A model generated the notes under the pieces. That model worked only from the letters and a program-made list of their open reading frames with translations, did no database searches and was not told the DNA's origin. This document shows positions 1 through 6,613 of a stretch of DNA of 18,841 nt, in pieces. Within the stretch, counting starts at the first letter, position 1. Each line of letters opens with the position of its first letter. Made by a program: the position numbers and the translations under genes. Source of the stretch: Promethearchaeota archaeon Loki_b31 (GTDB lineage: Archaea; Asgardarchaeota; Lokiarchaeia; Sigyniarchaeales; SOKP01); the NCBI GenBank assembly GCA_005222975.1, contig NJBI01000059.1, positions 1 through 18,841 on the forward strand, in the 5' to 3' direction.

Positions 1-99
1 TTTTTTTGAATTTGTTTTATATTTCATGGTTATAAATAAGGTTGTCCATCTATTTCAACTTTTTGGTGTTTTTGTCGCCACTTAGAAGGATTATAAAGC

Positions 100-1434
100 G
101 TGACTGAGATGATCTTGCAACCTCATAAAAAAAAATGTGAAAAAAATGAGAAATTAGACGTTAGACATACGTTTTTTATCGGTTTAGCTTTTTTTACAAC
201 AGGGATATCATGGTCAATGTATAACACTCAAGTCAATGTTACACTTTTTCAATATTTAGGTCTATATGCGCTCGTAGGTGCGTGGATGGCTATGGATAAT
301 CTTATAGGGGTTATTATTCAGCCCATAATGGGCTCGGTTTCGGATAATACACGTACTAAATTCGGTAGAAGGATACCCTATCTTATTGTTGGAATACCAT
401 TAGCCGCGATCTTTTTTGTTTTAATATCGACAATAAATTATCCGCAAGATCCTATGTGGTTATTACTTCTATGGATGTTCTTCTTTAATATTAGTATGGC
501 TTCATATAGATCACAAGCAGTGGCACTCATGCCAGATTTTGTAAAACCGGCCAATAGAAGTAAAGGAAACGCTATAATTAATTTTATGGGGGGTATAGGC
601 GCAGTAATGGCTTATGTTTTTAATCTCGTTTTAGTTCCTATAAGCTTATTTTTAGCATTTTTAGTTGTAGCTATTATAATGGTCATATCATTGGTTATAG
701 TGGTGTTTACGGTAAAAGAAACAGATGCTTATAGTTACAAATTGATTTTAGAAATGGAGGAAAAGGAAGGAGAGAAAATAAAAGACAAAAAAGAAAAACT
801 GAGTCTTATAGAAAGCTTTAAAGATGTAATAGGTGAAGAAGATAAAAGTACTTTATTTATGCTTTTCGCTATTTTCTTTTGGTTCGTTGGATACCAAGCA
901 CTCGAAGCATTATTTACAGTTTACGGAATGGACGTTTTAGGTTTAACGCGAGGCGGAGCAGGGGGAATGTTGCTTTATGTGGCGCTCTCTTTTCTTTTAT
1001 TTGCGTTTCCAGCAGGTATATTGGGCACTAAAATCGGTAGAAAATTAACTATTAAAATCGGACTCGTCTTATGGATAATTTCTTTGATTGTTATGTTTAC
1101 TTTCCAAAATACGACTGTGATCTCGATATTTTTCGTTGTTGCTGGAGCTGGTTGGGCTCTTGTAAACATCAACTCAATTGTCATTGTGTGGCAAATGGCC
1201 CCTACAGCAAAGAAAATTGGAACTTATACAGGGCTTTATTATTTCTTTAGTTTTATGGCTGCAATCTTAGGTCCTTTTATGGTAGGTCTAATTGTCGATG
1301 CCCTTGGTAATGAAACACTATTTTTGGTAAGTTCTTTTTTCTATATTATCGCTCTAATTTTTGTATTTCTTGTTAAAAGAGGCGAAAGCGAACTTACTGA
1401 AGAAGCAAGAAAAAAAGCAATCCAAGAATTATAA
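100..1434 (+). CDS. MFS transporter, GPH/SLC45-like (maltose/sucrose-type sugar porter)
   Basis: About 12 hydrophobic segments; family motif DNLIGVIIQPIMGSVSDNTRTKFGRRIPY; second-half G-x-L-x-x-K-x-G-R-K loop. The GTG start is uncertain. Confidence 0.88.
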   Translation: MTEMILQPHKKKCEKNEKLDVRHTFFIGLAFFTTGISWSMYNTQVNVTLFQYLGLYALVGAWMAMDNLIGVIIQPIMGSVSDNTRTKFGRRIPYLIVGIPLAAIFFVLISTINYPQDPMWLLLLWMFFFNISMASYRSQAVALMPDFVKPANRSKGNAIINFMGGIGAVMAYVFNLVLVPISLFLAFLVVAIIMVISLVIVVFTVKETDAYSYKLILEMEEKEGEKIKDKKEKLSLIESFKDVIGEEDKSTLFMLFAIFFWFVGYQALEALFTVYGMDVLGLTRGGAGGMLLYVALSFLLFAFPAGILGTKIGRKLTIKIGLVLWIISLIVMFTFQNTTVISIFFVVAGAGWALVNINSIVIVWQMAPTAKKIGTYTGLYYFFSFMAAILGPFMVGLIVDALGNETLFLVSSFFYIIALIFVFLVKRGESELTEEARKKAIQEL

Positions 1435-1447
1435 ATATTTCAACTTA

Positions 1448-1461
1448 TTTTTTTTTATTTT
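1448..1461 (+). terminator. Oligo-T terminator (archaeal type) after the MFS gene
   Basis: T9-A-T4 tract 13 nt after the TAA, in the gap between convergent genes. Confidence 0.5.
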
Positions 1462-1495
1462 GTTCAATTCTACAAAGAAGGTAGATTTATATTTC

Positions 1496-1891
1496 TTAAA
1501 GATTTTCTCGTACTTCTTCGAGAAGAAAATTTTCTAAAGCATCTGAAATTTCGGGCGTTACAAAATGTTCTATTTTACAACAAAGTTCGTCGAGTTCAAG
1601 ACTATCGTTTACACCTAAGATATTAATAAAAAAACTCTTCCATAGATTATATTTGTTAATGGTTCCAATTGCTATATCTTTTCCTTTCGTACTTAATCTT
1701 ACTGATTTTCTCGGACGCCAATTTATTAAATTGTTAGTTTGCAATTTAAATAACATGTTTGATACAGAAGCGGGCTTAACTTTTAAAAAGTCTGAAATCT
1801 CTGAATTTGAAACCCAGCCACCTTTGTTTTTCTTCGATACGATGTAAATTGCTTTGAGATAATCTTCGTAGGTATCATTTACTATCGACAT
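1496..1891 (-). CDS. DtxR/MntR-family metal-dependent transcriptional regulator (two-domain, no FeoA/SH3 tail)
   Basis: EDYLKAIY; HTH segment SEISDFLKVKPASVSNML; LSTKG; C-terminal CKIEH metal-ligand helix. Confidence 0.92.
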   Translation of the reverse strand: MSIVNDTYEDYLKAIYIVSKKNKGGWVSNSEISDFLKVKPASVSNMLFKLQTNNLINWRPRKSVRLSTKGKDIAIGTINKYNLWKSFFINILGVNDSLELDELCCKIEHFVTPEISDALENFLLEEVRENL

Positions 1892-1956
1892 AGCACTTAT
1901 CCATAATCAATTTTGAACTTTTAAAGTTTTAATTAATATAAAAATGAAAAAATAAA

Positions 1957-2346
1957 TTATTCTTTTTTCTCTAATTCTTCAATTCTTTTAGAGATATCCT
2001 CTATCGCGTTACCTATACCTTTAAGCTCAGATTCTAAGTAATCTTTTTCTTGCTTTAACATGGCAACTTGATCTCCAGCGCTTAAAGGGGCCATTGGCGC
2101 ATAAACTGGTGCAGGAGCTACATATGGAGGATAAATAGGATCTCCATACCCATATTCCACCCCGTAACCTCTACCGTAACCTCTTCCATAACCTCTTCCG
2201 CGTCCAGCACTCCAACACATCCCTCGACCATAACCTAAACCTGCGCCTCTTGTATATCCAGGACTGCTATATCCCGCACAATATCCTAAACCTCTTCCTG
2301 TCATTGAACCAAAACCTCTAGGTCCAGTTCTATCTCCACCAGGCAT
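1957..2346 (-). CDS. DUF5320-family protein (Gly/Arg-rich N-terminus, coiled-coil C-terminus)
   Basis: MPGGDRTGPxGxGxMTGRGLGYC signature, GRGY repeats, C-terminal LKQEKDYLE...RIEEL coil; SD-like AAGGAGATGA at 2365..2356. Confidence 0.9.
   Translation of the reverse strand: MPGGDRTGPRGFGSMTGRGLGYCAGYSSPGYTRGAGLGYGRGMCWSAGRGRGYGRGYGRGYGVEYGYGDPIYPPYVAPAPVYAPMAPLSAGDQVAMLKQEKDYLESELKGIGNAIEDISKRIEELEKKE
2162..2197. repeat. 3 x 12-bp coding tandem repeat (RGYG units)
   Basis: ccgtaacctcta ccgtaacctctt ccataacctctt. Confidence 0.85.
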
Positions 2347-2395
2347 TTTTTTATATCATCTCCTTAGTTTTAATTTATTAATATTTTGTAAAATT

Positions 2396-2423
2396 CAGAT
2401 TTTGAATGTTCATTCACAATCTG
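2396..2423. promoter_or_regulatory. 28-bp imperfect palindrome, candidate operator in the divergent promoter
   Basis: CAGATTTTGAATG-TT-CATTCACAATCTG: 13-bp arms, one mismatch, 2-nt spacer. Confidence 0.6.
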
Positions 2424-2532
2424 TTCTCTATTAATAAATTATCAAATAACATATTTAAGTATTATGAATGATTATCCAAAATAATATTATCAATTTAGAT
2501 ATAATATATAAGTAATAAAATTAAAAAAGTAG

Positions 2533-2949
2533 GTGGGTTTAAAGTTGAAAATAGCCATATGTACAGAATCAGGAAATGTTGCCCAGCATTTTGGTCGAGC
2601 GCCTTGGTTTATATTTGTTACAATTGACAATAATAAAGTAATTGAGAAAAAAGCTCTTCCCAATCCAGGGCACACGGTTGGAAGCATACCTGAATTCATA
2701 AATGGGCAAGGTGCAACCTGTATGATCACAGGTGGAATAGGTCATAGAGCAATTGGTTTTTTTAACCAATATGGAATTGAAGTTATTAGGGGTGTTATTG
2801 GCAGCGTTGACGACACTATTGAAAAAATCTTAGATGGAACTCTAGAAGGTGGTGAAAACATTTGTTCTCCTGGTGGTGGTAAAGGTATTGGAGTAGAAAA
2901 AATCCATACAGAAGCAGATGATAACGATCGTAATCACCATCACTATTAG
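2533..2949 (+). CDS. NifB/NifX (dinitrogenase FeMo-cofactor-binding) family protein
   Basis: KIAI...V-x-x-HFGRAPWF, NPGH, ITGGIGxRA, GIEV; Cys/His tail (CSPGGG...HHHY). The true start is probably TTG at 2545, after AGGTGG. Confidence 0.9.
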   Translation: MGLKLKIAICTESGNVAQHFGRAPWFIFVTIDNNKVIEKKALPNPGHTVGSIPEFINGQGATCMITGGIGHRAIGFFNQYGIEVIRGVIGSVDDTIEKILDGTLEGGENICSPGGGKGIGVEKIHTEADDNDRNHHHY

Positions 2950-2980
2950 TATTACAAAATAAATAGGATTTCAATCTAAG

Positions 2981-3424
2981 ATGTCTGAGGAAAATTTTGA
3001 TGTGTTTTTCACTAAGCTTCAAAAAGAGATAATGGAACAAGAAATAAAAGAATTTAACGAATATATCGTTAATTTATTTCACAATCCAAAAAATTGGGGA
3101 AAACCTCCAGATGAAGAGATCACTGTTTCCCAAAAGTATAAAGGGCCATGCGGGGACTCAATGTTATTCTTTTTAAAAATCAATGGTAATATAATTGAAA
3201 AAGCAAATTTTGTCACTGACGGTTGTGGAGCATCTTTAGCAACAGCGTGTCAAACTACGCTTCTTATAGAAGGTAAATCTTTAAGTTTTGCTGAAGCCTT
3301 AAAACCGGAAGATATTGACTCGGCTTTAAAAGGGTTGCCGGAAGATCATAAACATTGTGCTGAATTAGCGATAAGAACATTAAGAAGAGCGATAAATAGA
3401 TATAAATCATCAATGATTAAATAA
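2981..3424 (+). CDS. IscU/NifU-N Fe-S cluster scaffold protein
   Basis: FHNPKNWG, GPCGD, DGCGAS, LPEDHKHCA: all three conserved scaffold Cys are present. Confidence 0.92.
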   Translation: MSEENFDVFFTKLQKEIMEQEIKEFNEYIVNLFHNPKNWGKPPDEEITVSQKYKGPCGDSMLFFLKINGNIIEKANFVTDGCGASLATACQTTLLIEGKSLSFAEALKPEDIDSALKGLPEDHKHCAELAIRTLRRAINRYKSSMIK

Positions 3425-3464
3425 AAATAAATTTTAAAAAACATTATATTAATTTTAAACGAAT

Positions 3465-4397
3465 ATGAAATATGTGTATGGACCTGTTCCTAGTAGACGA
3501 TTAGGAAGTTCGTTAGGAATCGACCCAATTCCTTCAAAAACCTGCAATTATCAGTGTATATATTGTCAATTAGGAAAAACAACTAATTTTACGAACGAGA
3601 GGAAAGATTTTTACCCCAAAGAAGAAATTGTTAAAGAGATGGAAGAGTCTCTTAACCTTAATAAAAATAAGCTTGACTACATAACATTTGTAGGTAGTGG
3701 GGAACCTACACTATGCAAAAGTTTAGGCAAATTGATTTTAAAAGCAAAAGAATTATCTAAAAAACCGATTTGTGTAATCACTAATGGTAGTTTATTATAT
3801 CACGAAGATGTAAAGGATGAATTTATGTTTTCTGATGTTGTTTTACATACTTTAGATGCGGGAGATGAAAGATTATTCATTAAAATAAATCGTCCTCATC
3901 CCTCCATAAAGTTTGAAAAGTTGATTCAAGGATACATTGATTTTAGGAAAGAATTCAACGGTAAATTCTGGATAGAAATAATGATAATGAAGGGAATTAA
4001 CGATTCTAAAGAAGAATTATTAAAAATAAAAAATCAACTAGATTTAATTAAACCTGATAGAATTGACATTAACGTTCCAATAAGACCTCCTACAGAAAGT
4101 TGGGTGCAAATTCCAAATAAAAACGTTATTCCGATTTTAAACGATGTTTTTGGAGAATATAATAACATAAATTTTCCTGAGCGAGGAAAATTTAGTGTTT
4201 TTAGTTCTAATTTTGAAATTGAATTAAGGAACTTACTTGAAAGACATCCAATGAGACAGGAACAAATTTTTGAAACATTTTGTTCAAAAAAATTTAATGA
4301 ACAAGACATATTACTTCAATTGAATACTCTAGCATCGCAGAACAAGATTAAAAAAGTAATTTACAATAACCAGATATTTTGGAAATTAATAAATTAA
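3465..4397 (+). CDS. Radical SAM protein (COG0731/TYW1-related group)
   Basis: YGPVPSRRLGxSLGI N-terminus, CNYQCIYC (CxxxCxxC), GSGEPTL, ITNGSLL, INRP. Confidence 0.9.
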   Translation: MKYVYGPVPSRRLGSSLGIDPIPSKTCNYQCIYCQLGKTTNFTNERKDFYPKEEIVKEMEESLNLNKNKLDYITFVGSGEPTLCKSLGKLILKAKELSKKPICVITNGSLLYHEDVKDEFMFSDVVLHTLDAGDERLFIKINRPHPSIKFEKLIQGYIDFRKEFNGKFWIEIMIMKGINDSKEELLKIKNQLDLIKPDRIDINVPIRPPTESWVQIPNKNVIPILNDVFGEYNNINFPERGKFSVFSSNFEIELRNLLERHPMRQEQIFETFCSKKFNEQDILLQLNTLASQNKIKKVIYNNQIFWKLIN

Positions 4398-4418
4398 CCA
4401 ATAACCTAATTAGTAGCT

Positions 4419-4910
4419 ATGCCAGTTTGTACGAAATGTAAAAAGGAAAAAGGATTAGACCAACTTGATGAATTTGATGACAAATTCATATGCTATTCAT
4501 GTTTATATCAGAACAATAAGCCGTTTAAGATCTTTCCAATCGGTTTTGTAGAGAATCAATTAGAACGAGGGGAAGGATTTGGGCTGAAAGGGAGTAGAAA
4601 TAATGTCTCTAAAATCCGTGTTTTTGAATCTCAACGACCATTTCTTTATAAATTAGAAGAAGATGAATGGATTACTGTTGTATATTATTTTCATAAACAG
4701 CATAGGATTCGATCGACCTTTTCTCGAGGTATTGATGGGAAAAAAGTAGGTATTTTCGCTTCTCGGACGCCTAATCGATTATCTCGCATTGGAATTACTA
4801 ACATTAAACTAGTTAAAATTGAAGACACCACTTTATTCGTCAAAAATCTCGATGCGATTAATGGAACGCCAATTTTAGACATTAAATTAGGTTCTAAAAC
4901 GAGATGGTAG
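4419..4910 (+). CDS. trmO: TrmO/TsaA-like SAM-binding methyltransferase with an N-terminal Zn-ribbon
   Basis: PIGFV, GIFASRTPNR, LDAINGTPILDIK; N-terminal CTKC-x17-CYSC. Confidence 0.8.
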   Translation: MPVCTKCKKEKGLDQLDEFDDKFICYSCLYQNNKPFKIFPIGFVENQLERGEGFGLKGSRNNVSKIRVFESQRPFLYKLEEDEWITVVYYFHKQHRIRSTFSRGIDGKKVGIFASRTPNRLSRIGITNIKLVKIEDTTLFVKNLDAINGTPILDIKLGSKTRW

Positions 4911-5035
4911 TATAGATTAGAGATCTTTTTAGCTTGATATTTGTTTATTAGACAAAAGAACTCGGAATTAATTACTTTTTAATATTATCTTATAAAATTT
5001 TACCCCATTATTGCAAGTTAAGCGAGTGAGAGGTG

Positions 5036-6553
5036 TTACCTTGTGCTCTGGATAAATCCTCTTTCCTTATTCTGTTCCTTTTCCCATTTTTTACGTTCTG
5101 AACGCAAATTAAAGAGATCAATATCCTTATAGATTAAGTTTTCTTCCTTTGATTGTATCATTCTATCAACTCGTTCCTTTTCTGGAGTGTATATGAGAGA
5201 ATCGCCGAATTCTGCAACATTAGCGAAGAAACAGTAGGCATAGATAGATCTGCGAGCATCAAAATGTGCTGCCTTGAAATCAGCCGTTACTGGGGTAAAA
5301 GCTGGGTTAAGAATTATATCCACCGGTGGCTCAAAATTCTTTAACTCTACCCTAAGGTCCATATCTAGGAAGTCTCGGCATATAATGATCGCGATTCTCC
5401 CAAACTCTGTATTGCAGATGATTGTTTTTCGAGGCGTGATTCCAACATCTATTCCTTCCTTGAATCTCTTGCCCTCAAGGTGTATAATAGCTGGGATGTG
5501 TTTCTCTTGCTCCCAGAGAATACCGTTAGGTCCTATTACTACGCTGAGATTTCGTTTTGTTTCTTGATCGTGATAAGATCCTGGAATTATATACATCTCA
5601 TTAGTTTTGGCAAGATTGGATATATCTTTTAGTAATTCTCCGTAGTTGAGGTCAATAGTCATTTCTGGGAAGAGTAAAATGTTAATTCCTTTTGTGTTGG
5701 CGATCTTAATCATGTTTTTGACATTAGATCTTATGATTTCGACTTTATCCTCTCGAAGGCTGAGAAGACCTGCAACTTTTTCTTCATAGAACTCGCGTAG
5801 GATATCGCTTGTATTAGATAGACCTATTTGGGCAATACCAACTCTGCATTCCCGCCTCTGGATTCTTGGATACTCTTCGAGCAAGTTCCTGTAGATAAGT
5901 TTGTATTTCTTTTTTGCCGTTCTTTCTTCTAGAACTCTTGTTGATTCCTCGGTAAGCTTATGTATTTCGCTCATTCTTGGAGATAGGCTAGTTTCTAGGG
6001 GACATGCAGGAGCGACAATGCCCACAGTACTCCCAGTGATGGAAGGTGTTTTTATGGTGTTTAAAGCTGATACAAGAATCATTTCTTCTTTCTCTAGCAT
6101 GATAAGGTGTTCTAGGATTTCTTTTTCCTTATATTTATAGCCCGCCTTACCGAAAAGTTCTGATGCTGATTTAAAAAGATTAACCACAACTTCTAGAAGC
6201 CTTTTCTTTTTATCGAGCTCCTTCTCCTCATCTACCTTGATTAAATGCCATGTTGCGTCAAAATAGGCTGAAGTAGCCAGTGTCCAGTCAGCCTCTCCTT
6301 CAAAACCACCCTTGCGATATGATACAGCAGCATTTCTAAGATTCCCCTTGATTTTAGGATATAATTGTGCCTTATTTTTCGTTTCAGATTCTTTGTCAAA
6401 TTTAGTTCCGTGTTCGAGGGCTTTGCAATAAGCAGAATTACCTGAAACTAATAGCTTCATTTTACTATCGGCGAAAAGCCTACTTGCTTTTGTAAATAGA
6501 TTTGCTGCTTCTAAAAATCTATCGGGATCTTCATATTGTTCCCCGAGTTCCAT
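5036..6553 (-). CDS. C-terminal part of a TPR-like solenoid + carbon-nitrogen hydrolase (nitrilase) protein
   Basis: Nitrilase E-K-C triad motifs LFPEM, EQEKHIP, IICRDF; helical repeats upstream. Same frame as 6614..8866 and separated from it by one TAA. Confidence 0.85.
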   Translation of the reverse strand: MELGEQYEDPDRFLEAANLFTKASRLFADSKMKLLVSGNSAYCKALEHGTKFDKESETKNKAQLYPKIKGNLRNAAVSYRKGGFEGEADWTLATSAYFDATWHLIKVDEEKELDKKKRLLEVVVNLFKSASELFGKAGYKYKEKEILEHLIMLEKEEMILVSALNTIKTPSITGSTVGIVAPACPLETSLSPRMSEIHKLTEESTRVLEERTAKKKYKLIYRNLLEEYPRIQRRECRVGIAQIGLSNTSDILREFYEEKVAGLLSLREDKVEIIRSNVKNMIKIANTKGINILLFPEMTIDLNYGELLKDISNLAKTNEMYIIPGSYHDQETKRNLSVVIGPNGILWEQEKHIPAIIHLEGKRFKEGIDVGITPRKTIICNTEFGRIAIIICRDFLDMDLRVELKNFEPPVDIILNPAFTPVTADFKAAHFDARRSIYAYCFFANVAEFGDSLIYTPEKERVDRMIQSKEENLIYKDIDLFNLRSERKKWEKEQNKERGFIQSTR

Positions 6554-6613
6554 GCTTTCCCAAGCTTTACAGAGGAAATATATAGCCTCTAGTTCTTTTC
6601 GTTCTCTCTCGAT

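Noticed and set aside
1-27. Possible - strand gene start MKYKTNSKK at the left edge
   Set aside because: Too short to support.
1916-1928. AACTTT-T-AAAGTT inverted repeat over the putative dtxR TATA box
   Set aside because: Only 6-bp AT-rich arms; plausible autoregulatory site but not distinguishable from chance.
2533-3424. Nitrogen fixation cluster
   Set aside because: NifX-fold and NifU-like proteins are widespread in non-diazotrophs; no nifHDK here.
3465-4397. Radical SAM protein as the GRE activase
   Set aside because: The GPVPSRRLG signature is COG0731-type, not a GRE activase, and the gene lies 7 kb away in another operon.
4402-4409. TAACCTAA, half of a DtxR box
   Set aside because: No matching second half, and it sits in a 21-nt intra-operon gap.
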